In this document: piece after piece, positions 46,009 to 54,683 of the stretch
How the letters are laid out: each line of letters starts with the position of its first letter
Numbering within the stretch: position 1 is the first letter of the stretch
From: Bacilli bacterium
GTDB taxonomy: Bacteria; Bacillota_I; Bacilli_A; RF39; UBA660
Length of the DNA: 64,000 nucleotides
Reading direction: 5' to 3'
NCBI GenBank assembly: GCA_051872655.1
Contig: JBJEEB010000021.1
Coordinates: 2,535 to 66,534 of the forward strand
Translations under genes and position numbers: made by a program
Notes under the pieces: generated by a model
The model's input: the letters and a program-made list of their open reading frames with translations, nothing else
The model's database searches: none
What the model was told of the DNA's origin: nothing

Positions 46009-47997
46009 CTAGTTATTTTTATCCTCTTTTAATTCTTTTATTAGGTCATAAGAAATTATATCATTAGATATATCTATTAAATTTGATGAATGTTTTATTC
46101 CTTTTTGAATATACTCCTCAGTAATTGGATCATTATTTATTGGGTATATTTCTTCCTTTGGCGCGCTGTAATAAATACTTGAAGTTAAATATGATCCATC
46201 AATAAATGTTACAATATTATCTTCTAGATTAAAAACGTCATTTCCTAATTGGTAATCACTATGTATTCCAAGCATATTTCCAATTGTTGGAAGAACATCA
46301 ATCATTCCCATAGGAATATTTACTTCTTTATTAAATTTTGTATCTTTAGTCCAAATTATAAATGGTACTTTTCTATTTAATTCATAATCATAATCATTAA
46401 ATGATATGTAACCTTCATCTGATTCTGTTTTTATTTTATCATTAATTGGATCATAATTATATAATAGATTAAATTCATCTTTATCTAATCTTGCATCATG
46501 ATCTCCATATATTAATAATACTGTATTATCTAATAATCCTTCTTTATCAAGTTTTTCTATAAATTCTCCAATAGCTTCATCTGCATAATGAACTGATTTT
46601 ATATAATCACCTAATTTAGTATTATTCATATATTCTCTGGTTATTGTTTGATTATCTATTTCTACATCTATAGTTGTTTTATATTCTGGCATTAATTCCA
46701 AATCACTAAATGGTGTGTGATTTGATAACATTATTAAAACACTGTAGAATGGAGAACCATTTTCTTCTTTTTCTTTTTTCATTATATCAACTGATTGACT
46801 AAAGAATGATTTATCAGATAATCCAAGTCCTATTGTTTCATCAATTACATATGAATCTTTGCTATAAAATTTATTATATCCTAAGTTTTCATGCATAAGA
46901 TTTCTATTCCAGAATTCTCCAGTATTAGCGTGCATACTATAAGTATAATATCCTTTTTCTTTTAATAGTTTTGGTATTGAAACATATTCTCTATCAAAGT
47001 AATTTACAAATACGGTACCTTTAGTGGATGGCATAAGTGATGTATTAAAAGTAAATTCTGAATCTGAACTTGTACCAACTCCCACTTGTGAATAGAAATT
47101 ACTAAAGAATATTCCTTCTTTACTTAGCTTATTTAAATTAGGGGTTACTTCTTCATTATTGAATTCTAAGTCCATTACAAATTTTTGTATACTTTCAGCA
47201 TGAATTACTATAATATTTTTTCCTTTGAAGATATTGGTATATTCGTTTTTTATTTCTTTATAATTATTTTCTTCAAAGTATTCTTTTACTTCTTTTAATG
47301 CTGTATCATGTCCAAAAGCTGAATTTATTTTGGGTGATATGCTCTGTATTATGTCATCGATTTGATATATATATATGCCATAGTTTATTACTACTGATTC
47401 TCTATTCCAAAGTTTGTAGAAACTTCCCCATGCACTTAGTGGCATTATAATTACTGCAATTACCCAAAATGATAATGTGGTAATAATTGATGACATTATC
47501 AATTTTTTATTAGCTTTAATCTCTTTAGTAAAATATTTTTTCTTATTAAGAAAATGATATACTAAGTAAATAAATATTGGGCACCATAAATATATTAAAT
47601 CGGTTACTTTTAATACATTTTCAAAAATTGCATTTCCTACATCTTTTGCATATACTAGATTAGATAATAATGATATTGAAGCGAAAGAACTATAATAATG
47701 ATAATAAATGCTATTTATTAGGCAAATTAATGTTAAGACTATTGATATTATAAAAAAATATTTTGGTCTATTTTTTCTTTTAAAAAATAATGACAATAGT
47801 GAAATAAGTATTAATAATCCCAAATCTATAAATAATGGTTGTATTCTAAAAGGTTCTCCAACAGTTACTCCTCTTAATAAGATGCCATTTATTAAATTAG
47901 CTATGATGAAAGATAGAACCATTAAATATTTACTTTTTATTTTTTCTATATTTTCTTTTATTCTCTTTTTATTTATTTTCAACATCATTGTCACCAC
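46009..47997 (-). CDS. ltaS: Lipoteichoic acid synthase family protein (5 TM + sulfatase domain)
   Basis: ORF track, 662 aa. It has an N-terminal polytopic region and an extracellular sulfatase-type domain (VIHAESIQ, TSSDSEF, SNHTPF, YGDHD). It ends 6 nt before the agrA-like start. Confidence 0.75.
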   Translation of the reverse strand: MVTMMLKINKKRIKENIEKIKSKYLMVLSFIIANLINGILLRGVTVGEPFRIQPLFIDLGLLILISLLSLFFKRKNRPKYFFIISIVLTLICLINSIYYHYYSSFASISLLSNLVYAKDVGNAIFENVLKVTDLIYLWCPIFIYLVYHFLNKKKYFTKEIKANKKLIMSSIITTLSFWVIAVIIMPLSAWGSFYKLWNRESVVINYGIYIYQIDDIIQSISPKINSAFGHDTALKEVKEYFEENNYKEIKNEYTNIFKGKNIIVIHAESIQKFVMDLEFNNEEVTPNLNKLSKEGIFFSNFYSQVGVGTSSDSEFTFNTSLMPSTKGTVFVNYFDREYVSIPKLLKEKGYYTYSMHANTGEFWNRNLMHENLGYNKFYSKDSYVIDETIGLGLSDKSFFSQSVDIMKKEKEENGSPFYSVLIMLSNHTPFSDLELMPEYKTTIDVEIDNQTITREYMNNTKLGDYIKSVHYADEAIGEFIEKLDKEGLLDNTVLLIYGDHDARLDKDEFNLLYNYDPINDKIKTESDEGYISFNDYDYELNRKVPFIIWTKDTKFNKEVNIPMGMIDVLPTIGNMLGIHSDYQLGNDVFNLEDNIVTFIDGSYLTSSIYYSAPKEEIYPINNDPITEEYIQKGIKHSSNLIDISNDIISYDLIKELKEDKNN

Positions 47998-48159
47998 TTC
48001 AAGGGTATTATATCATATTGTAGAGGTTTGTTGCAACTATTATTTTAAATAAAATATTGGGGTTATTTTTTATTTTTTTCAAATTTATTTTATCATTCCA
48101 TTATAACTTTGTTTCACTTCTTAAAATTTTACTTGTTAACTTGTAGTTAATATTTAATA

Positions 48160-48187
48160 ATTAAAAAAATGTGAATTAATCACATTA
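48160..48187 (-). terminator. Rho-independent terminator of rpmE
   Basis: The minus strand reads AATGTGA-ttaat-TCACATT followed by TTTTTTAATT. The hairpin overlaps the stop codon. Confidence 0.65.
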
Positions 48188-48394
48188 TTTTTCATTATTA
48201 AAACCAAATTTCTTGTTGAATTTCTCAACTTGTCCTTTTTTAGATGCTGTACTTTGTTTTCCTGTATAAAATGGATGACATTTTGAACATACTTCAACTT
48301 GAATATTTTCTTTTGTTGATTCTACTTCAAAAGTGTTTCCACATGCACAAGTAACAGTAGCTTTTACATAATTTGGATGAATATTCTTTTTCAT
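48185..48394 (-). CDS. rpmE: 50S ribosomal protein L31 (Zn-binding type A)
   Basis: ORF track (76 aa). The likely start is MKKNIHPNY at 48394, behind GGAAGGAGAG. Cysteines CAC..CSKC are present, along with HPFYTG. Confidence 0.9.
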   Translation of the reverse strand: MKKNIHPNYVKATVTCACGNTFEVESTKENIQVEVCSKCHPFYTGKQSTASKKGQVEKFNKKFGFNNEK

Positions 48395-48455
48395 TATTTT
48401 CTCTCCTTCCGCCATGACAAAAAGTCATAGTAATAAAATTACATGGTATATTATA

Positions 48456-49139
48456 TCAGTTATTTTTTAAATTTTCAACTATTATTTGTGAAATTTTTTG
48501 ATAACCTCTAATATTTGGCATATAATTATTATTTATTTGACTTATATATGTAGGATTATTATCTAATATTTTTGACAAGTCAATATATGTGTAATTATAT
48601 TTTTTTGTCAGTACTTCTAGTTTATAATTTGCATAATTAAAAATATCAATATTGTTTTTTGTGGTATTATAGTAACCTAATATATACACTTTATCATGAT
48701 GGAATTTACTTATATAATTTAGTATTTTATTATAATTGCTTATCATATTATCTATATATGTATAAATATTTTGGTTATTTTTATTTATTTTATAATATAT
48801 TTCATCTATTCCTAATGATATTGTTATTATATCTGCTTCTTTTATTAATCTATTTAGACTTATGTTATTTTTGCTTTCATTGTATTCTAAAATTTTGACT
48901 ATATCGGATACTTTGTAATTTACATCAGTGTATGTTTTATTATAATTCTTAAGAATTTTTTTATTTTCTAAATAATCTTTTATAAAATCACTATAACCAT
49001 ATGAAGCAACTCCATATTCATTTATTCCCTTTGATAATGAATCTCCAATTACTAAATAGTTTTTTTTATTACCTTCTGTTTTAGTATATATAAAATAACA
49101 TGATAGAAAAAGAGTTAATATTAAAAATACTTTTTTCAT
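48456..49139 (-). CDS. SGNH/GDSL-family hydrolase, secreted or anchored
   Basis: ORF track, 227 aa, with a signal-like N-terminus and block I LVIGDSLSKG. Confidence 0.6.
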   Translation of the reverse strand: MKKVFLILTLFLSCYFIYTKTEGNKKNYLVIGDSLSKGINEYGVASYGYSDFIKDYLENKKILKNYNKTYTDVNYKVSDIVKILEYNESKNNISLNRLIKEADIITISLGIDEIYYKINKNNQNIYTYIDNMISNYNKILNYISKFHHDKVYILGYYNTTKNNIDIFNYANYKLEVLTKKYNYTYIDLSKILDNNPTYISQINNNYMPNIRGYQKISQIIVENLKNN

Positions 49140-49160
49140 AGTCCACCTATTAAAGTATAT

Positions 49161-50411
49161 TTATATTAGCTCTATTTTAGCACCTACTTTAGTTAGTTTT
49201 CCACAGATATCATCATATCCTCTTAATATATATTTTATGTTATCTATTGTCGTTGTACCTTCTGCTATTAAACCACATATTAGCATGGATGCTCCTCCTC
49301 TAAGATCAGTAGCAGTTACATTTTTACCAGTTAATTTTGTTAATCCTTTTATTTTTGCTATTCGATTATCTTTCACTATTATATTTGCTCCCATACGATT
49401 GGTATCATATATATTTTGAAATCTATTTTCCCATATTGTTTCTTCAACAGTACTTATTCCATGGCATTGGGTTAAAAATGGTATTAGAGGCTGTTGGAGA
49501 TCGGTTGGAAAACCAGGATATGGTAATGTTTTTATACTTACTGCTTTGTATTTTCCTGTTTTTTCTATTGTTATTGAATCTTCTTTTATATCCATCTCAA
49601 CTCCTGCCTCAATTAATTTTGAAGTTAATGATTCAATGTGTGATGGGATTAGATTCTTTATAGTTAGATTTTCTCCAAGTAAGGCTCCTATTATTAGATA
49701 TGTTCCTGCTTCGATACGATCTGGTATAACTTCGTGGAATGATTTATGTAAATAATCTACTCCTGTTATTGTTATAATGTTAGTGCCTGCTCCTTTTATT
49801 TTTGCTCCCATATTATTTAAAAATGTTGCTACATTTACTATTTCTGGTTCTTTTGCTACATTTTCTATTATAGTTTTTCCTTTTGCTTTTACTGCAGCAA
49901 GCATAGCATTTATTGTAGCACCTACACTAGGCATATCTAAATATATTTTTGCTCCTCTTAATTCTTCAGCATCTACTATATACCTATTTCCTTCTTCAGT
50001 TACTACTGCTCCTAAAGATCTATACGCTTTTAGTGTTTGATCTATTGGTCTTTCACCGATTGTACATCCACCTGGAAAATACATTTCTACGTGTTTATAT
50101 TTTCCTAATAGCGATGACATAAAGTAATATGATGCTCTTAATTTTTGTGACATTTCTTCTGGTATTTCTTTATTTACAATATTGGAGGAATCTATTGTTA
50201 ATACTCCATTTTCTCTTATTACTTTAGCATTTAAATAGTTTAATATTTCTTCTAGTGAATCAATATCTGAAATATTAGGTACATTACTTATTTTTACTTC
50301 TTCATCACATAAAATGGCTGCTGGCACTAGAGCTACAGCACTATTTTTGGCACCACTTATTTCTATTTCACCAGTTAATTTGTGACCACCTTCTATTTTT
50401 ATTTTGCTCAT
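49161..50411 (-). CDS. murA: UDP-N-acetylglucosamine 1-carboxyvinyltransferase
   Basis: ORF track, 416 aa. It contains ISGAKNSAVAL, the active-site string GGCTIGERPID, and LRGGA. Confidence 0.92.
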   Translation of the reverse strand: MSKIKIEGGHKLTGEIEISGAKNSAVALVPAAILCDEEVKISNVPNISDIDSLEEILNYLNAKVIRENGVLTIDSSNIVNKEIPEEMSQKLRASYYFMSSLLGKYKHVEMYFPGGCTIGERPIDQTLKAYRSLGAVVTEEGNRYIVDAEELRGAKIYLDMPSVGATINAMLAAVKAKGKTIIENVAKEPEIVNVATFLNNMGAKIKGAGTNIITITGVDYLHKSFHEVIPDRIEAGTYLIIGALLGENLTIKNLIPSHIESLTSKLIEAGVEMDIKEDSITIEKTGKYKAVSIKTLPYPGFPTDLQQPLIPFLTQCHGISTVEETIWENRFQNIYDTNRMGANIIVKDNRIAKIKGLTKLTGKNVTATDLRGGASMLICGLIAEGTTTIDNIKYILRGYDDICGKLTKVGAKIELI

Positions 50412-50491
50412 AGATACTCCTCTCTAATTTCATTTTAATATCTATTTTGTTTTTAGTCAATTACTTATCTTTTTATTTACATTTTTTTACA

Positions 50492-51025
50492 CTATTTAAA
50501 TATGTATAGTAATCCTATTACTAAAAGTATTATTCCTCCTATTATAGTAGATATTTTTCCATATTTTTTATTTAAAATATTTCCTAGATTTAGTCCTAGA
50601 AAAGTAAATAATAGACTTGTTACTGAAAACACACTTGCAGATAATATATATTTATCTGTAATAGCGGGTAATCCTATTCCTGTAGTTAAACTATCAATAC
50701 TTACTGATAGTCCAAATAGTAAATAGCCTGGAATACTTAGTAAAAATTTTTCTTCTTTATTTTTAAAACTTGATATAATCATTTCTATTGCAATTAGAGA
50801 GAGAATTATACCTACTAGAATGTTTGTATTTATTATTATTTTACTGGTTACATATAGTCCTAGGGTTAATCCTATTAATGGCATTATAAAATGATAAATT
50901 CCTACAATTGTAGAAAGTAAAATTTTTCCTTTTTTTGTTATATCTTGAGTACCATATATTAATGCCAAAGAAAAAGCATCCATTGATAGGCTTACTGCAA
51001 TTAAAATTATTGTTATTATTTTCAA
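50492..51025 (-). CDS. mntP: Manganese efflux pump MntP family
   Basis: ORF track, 177 aa, 6 TM helices, with duplicated SMDAFS / SIDSLT motifs. Confidence 0.72.
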   Translation of the reverse strand: MKIITIILIAVSLSMDAFSLALIYGTQDITKKGKILLSTIVGIYHFIMPLIGLTLGLYVTSKIIINTNILVGIILSLIAIEMIISSFKNKEEKFLLSIPGYLLFGLSVSIDSLTTGIGLPAITDKYILSASVFSVTSLLFTFLGLNLGNILNKKYGKISTIIGGIILLVIGLLYIFK

Positions 51026-51059
51026 GTATCATCACCTATTTAAATGTATGCTTCTTGTA

Positions 51060-51581
51060 TTAAAATATTTTATTTATCTTTTCTATTATCCATGATTTAT
51101 ATTCTAAATTATCTTTTGCCTCTAAATCTACGATACAAAGGTTAGGAAACAATACACACCACCAATTGTCTCCTTCTGCCTTTCCAATGCTTATTACAAT
51201 TGATTCATAATATCCTTCTGAATATTTTAATCCACGATATTCTTTTTCTGGAAAGTAATTATATCCATAATTTACATTGAAATTCATGTTATAATTGTTT
51301 TCTTCAAATATTTCTTTTATATTTTCTTCGATAATTGGAATGTTATTTTTAATTTTTTCTTTTGCTATTTCTTTATTGTCTTCATCTTTTATTAGGTTAT
51401 AAGTATTATTTTCTAGATATGTTTTTACTTTATTTTTCATATTTTGATCTAATATGCTATTACTATTAGGTATTACTCTTAATCTAATAGCATCATTTGG
51501 TATAATAATATCAGTATTTTTTACTTCTTTATATATAAATACAGTTATTAATAGTGTTAATATAAGTATTATTTTTTTCAT
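51060..51581 (-). CDS. spoIIR: Stage II sporulation protein R
   Basis: ORF track, 173 aa. It has a signal peptide, IRLRVIPNSNSILDQ, and GDNWWCVLFPNLC. Confidence 0.75.
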   Translation of the reverse strand: MKKIILILTLLITVFIYKEVKNTDIIIPNDAIRLRVIPNSNSILDQNMKNKVKTYLENNTYNLIKDEDNKEIAKEKIKNNIPIIEENIKEIFEENNYNMNFNVNYGYNYFPEKEYRGLKYSEGYYESIVISIGKAEGDNWWCVLFPNLCIVDLEAKDNLEYKSWIIEKINKIF

Positions 51582-51636
51582 ATAAAAAATATCACCCTTT
51601 CATTTTCATTATGAGTGATATTTTTATTTTTTATTC

Positions 51637-52749
51637 TTATTTCTGTACTTTTATTATTATTTGATATTCTTCTAGTCCATCTACTTCTTCCAAGGTTACG
51701 TTATAACCTGCTGTTTTAATGTCTTCTACTGTGTCTTTAGCTAATCTAATCGCAGTAGCCAATTTTACTTTACTCATATTATCTGATTTATGTTCTGGTA
51801 CTTGAATAGTAGGTGTTTCATTCATAGTTTTTTCCTTCTTATCTTCTATTTCTATTGTATTTCCTTCAAAAATGTCTGATTTGTTTTCAACAACGTTTAA
51901 ACCTTCTAAAGCTGATGCTACTGGAGTTTTTGTTTCAGTTAGTTTATTTATATCAATAAAATCATTCTTGTTTTGTGCATATACATTAGGGTTTTCATCT
52001 TTCACTTCTATTTTTTGTGGTTCTAATACCTCTGGCATTTTATTTTCGTTTATAATTGGTTTAGCCATTTCTTGCATAATTGGTACTACTGGTGGTACTA
52101 CTGATTGATTTGTTTCTATCTCTTCTTTATTTGGAATATTATTTATACCAAGTATATTTTTAATGTATTCATCAGTATCACGAACATTCATTCTTTCAGT
52201 TATTATTTTATTTAATACTTCTTTTTGCTTATCTTCATCTTTTATCTGCAATAAACATCTTGCGTGACGCTCAGATATTAAATTGTTCATTAGTGCTACT
52301 TGTACTTCATTTGTTAGAGCAAGTAATCTCATTTTATTAGCTATCGTGGACTGACTCTTTCCCATTCTTTTAGCAAGTTCTTCTTGTGTAAAATTACCCA
52401 TATCTAATATTTTTTTATAAGATTTAGCTTCTTCAATTGCAGATAAGTCTTTTCTTTGAATATTCTCTATTAATGCTAGTTCAGCACTAGTCTGATCATC
52501 CATTGATCCAACAATTGCGGGTACTTCGGTAAGTCCTGCAAGGGTTGCTGCTTTATACCTGCGTTCTCCTGCTATTATTTCATATTTACTACCTAAATCT
52601 CTTAATATTAGGGGCTGTATTATTCCATGTTCTTTTATTGAATTTGCTAACTCATTTAAGGCTTCTTCATCAAAAGTAAGTCTTGGCTGAAATCTATTTG
52701 GAATTATATCTGATAAACGTACCATTACTACTTCTTTATTCATTTTCAT
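51637..52749 (-). CDS. parB: ParB/Noc-family protein with long non-conserved linker and distinct C-terminal domain
   Basis: ORF track, 370 aa. It contains NRFQPR, IIQPLILR, the arginine patch IAGERRYKAA, and the HTH string TQEELAKRMGKSQSTIANKMRLL. No parA/soj is adjacent. Confidence 0.75.
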   Translation of the reverse strand: MKMNKEVVMVRLSDIIPNRFQPRLTFDEEALNELANSIKEHGIIQPLILRDLGSKYEIIAGERRYKAATLAGLTEVPAIVGSMDDQTSAELALIENIQRKDLSAIEEAKSYKKILDMGNFTQEELAKRMGKSQSTIANKMRLLALTNEVQVALMNNLISERHARCLLQIKDEDKQKEVLNKIITERMNVRDTDEYIKNILGINNIPNKEEIETNQSVVPPVVPIMQEMAKPIINENKMPEVLEPQKIEVKDENPNVYAQNKNDFIDINKLTETKTPVASALEGLNVVENKSDIFEGNTIEIEDKKEKTMNETPTIQVPEHKSDNMSKVKLATAIRLAKDTVEDIKTAGYNVTLEEVDGLEEYQIIIKVQK

Positions 52750-52830
52750 ACTATTACCCTCTTTTCACTTCTTCTACTCTAATATAATAATACAATAAAA
52801 ATCACTTTTTTACAAGTGATTTTTTATATT

Positions 52831-54633
52831 TTATTTTAAGTACTTATTTATTTTATTTAGTATTTCTTCTTTGCTAGATGATTTTATTATATAGTCACTA
52901 AATCCTTCACGTAAATATTCATCATCATATTCATATTTGTTATCTCTAGTTAATAATATTACTTTAGTATTGAAGTTTCTTATCATTAATAGTTTTTTCA
53001 TAATTATATGTCCATCTTGTGGTTCTAGTTCTTCTTCTAATAATATTAAATCATATTTTTCTTTACTTCTTATTTTTTCTAAACCTTCTTTACCTGATTT
53101 TACACTATCTACTTCGATATTTGTTCCACTTAATACTTTATTTAGTAATTTTTCACTGGATGGGCTATCATCTATTAGTAAGATTTTCTTTTTATCATAT
53201 ATGTTATCATATTTATTTAGACTCGTATTATTGTCTTCGTATTTTTGATCAAGTATTACTTTTATTGTTGTTCCACTTCCATAACTACTAGTTGGTACTA
53301 TTGTTCCATTCATTAAAGTTATTAGTCTTTTTGCATTATATAAATTGTTATTTAGATTGTAGTTTTCTTCTTTTTCTTGTTTTTTAACAAATATTTTGTT
53401 TATGTCTTCCGCTTTCATGCCTATTCCAGAATCTTCAACTGATATAATTAGTCTCGCTATTTCATTTTTTATTATGGTGTTTACATTAAACTCAACATAT
53501 CCGGAGTTAGTATATTTTATACTATTATCTAGTATTATTGTTAATGCTTTTTTTAAGCTTATATTATCGCCATATAGATATTCTGGCATATCACTTGCTA
53601 TGCTTACTCTGAAGTCTAATCCTTTATCTGTGGCTTGTTTTTTATATATTTGGACTAATTCTTTTAATAATATTTTTATATTATATTTTTCATTATATAT
53701 TTTAACACTAGCACTATCTACACTAGATATATCTAATATTTCATTAGTCATTGAAGTAAATCTTGCAGTGCTTCCTTTTATCTCTCTAGCAGAATCACTT
53801 ATTACTTCAATGTCTACTTTTTTATTATCGGTTTCATCTAGGATATTATCGGCTTCTTTATCAATGTCTTTAGTTATTCCTCTTATTTCATTAGTCATAT
53901 TATATAAAAATAATGTTTTTTCTTCATTAGCATTGTCGCTTATTACTTTGGCTTTGTGTACTTCATCTAACATTTTCATGTCAGGATTTTCAATAGTGAA
54001 ATACATAATAATTGTTATGAATGTCTCAGCAGCAGTAATTAGTAATAGTCCTGGATTTTGTTTTTGAATTATTACTACTATTATTGTTAAAAATATAAAT
54101 AGTATTACTGGTATACATTTTCTACTTTTTAGTATTCTATAATTTTTAATAATTAGAATTAGCCAAGTAATTATTAAAATTGCTGTTAATACATATATAA
54201 AGTTAGCTGATGGTCCATATGAATAGACAATCTTATTTTCATTATGATAGTATAGTGGTAACAAATATATTATAAATGTAATTATGATATATAGTGTTGC
54301 TAGTAGCAATTTACATTTTTTTAATTCAATTTTATAGTCTTTTTTATTATTTTTTCTTGTTATGATAATGACATAAGCTGTAAAAAATAATTCCCATGTA
54401 ATAAATAATAGAAGTAATGTTTTTGATACAAAATCATTAATAAATGGTATTTTGTCTTTATATAAAATAGTAAAATAGCACATAATTGCAAATGAAACGT
54501 TTAGGATATTAGTAACTACTAATGATGAATATATCTTTGTTTCTATTGTTTTTATATTTTTTCTTTTGAAATATATTATCGTTAACATTAAACTATAGAA
54601 AAAACTGCATAATGTAAAAAAATTATTAGCCAT
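52831..54633 (-). CDS. Hybrid sensor kinase-like protein with both phospho-acceptor residues substituted (pseudo-kinase / pseudo-receiver)
   Basis: ORF track, 600 aa, about 7 TM helices. The HisKA H-box reads FLYNMTNEIRG where the consensus is FLANMSHEIRTP, so His is replaced by Asn. The N-box NSIKYT and G1 DSGIGM are kept. The C-terminal receiver keeps LLIDD, T (LLTRD) and K (IIKS), but its acceptor position reads LILLEEEL, so Asp is replaced by Glu. Confidence 0.75.
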   Translation of the reverse strand: MANNFFTLCSFFYSLMLTIIYFKRKNIKTIETKIYSSLVVTNILNVSFAIMCYFTILYKDKIPFINDFVSKTLLLLFITWELFFTAYVIIITRKNNKKDYKIELKKCKLLLATLYIIITFIIYLLPLYYHNENKIVYSYGPSANFIYVLTAILIITWLILIIKNYRILKSRKCIPVILFIFLTIIVVIIQKQNPGLLLITAAETFITIIMYFTIENPDMKMLDEVHKAKVISDNANEEKTLFLYNMTNEIRGITKDIDKEADNILDETDNKKVDIEVISDSAREIKGSTARFTSMTNEILDISSVDSASVKIYNEKYNIKILLKELVQIYKKQATDKGLDFRVSIASDMPEYLYGDNISLKKALTIILDNSIKYTNSGYVEFNVNTIIKNEIARLIISVEDSGIGMKAEDINKIFVKKQEKEENYNLNNNLYNAKRLITLMNGTIVPTSSYGSGTTIKVILDQKYEDNNTSLNKYDNIYDKKKILLIDDSPSSEKLLNKVLSGTNIEVDSVKSGKEGLEKIRSKEKYDLILLEEELEPQDGHIIMKKLLMIRNFNTKVILLTRDNKYEYDDEYLREGFSDYIIKSSSKEEILNKINKYLK

Positions 54634-54683
54634 ATAATCACCTATCTTTATTCAAGTATATCATAAATATTAAAAAAAGAGAA

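Noticed and set aside
50841-51035. A 64-aa minus-strand ORF overlapping the mntP 5' region.
   Set aside because: It lies in a different frame of the same strand, inside a well-supported polytopic MntP gene. Its low-complexity Asn-rich translation has no RBS.
51026-51059. A manganese (yybP-ykoY) riboswitch expected upstream of mntP.
   Set aside because: Only 34 nt separate mntP from the spoIIR stop. That is too short for the aptamer, and no conserved motif is visible.
53396-54067. A long 223-aa plus-strand ORF, and similar ones at 5195-5707, 42690-43037, 8674-9030, 9997-10320, 60874-61212 and 55879-56217.
   Set aside because: All are nested entirely antisense to well-supported genes that have clear motifs. 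Their F/L/I/S-rich composition is what the reverse complement of K/E/N/I-rich AT-biased coding sequence produces. They have no RBS and no independent signals.
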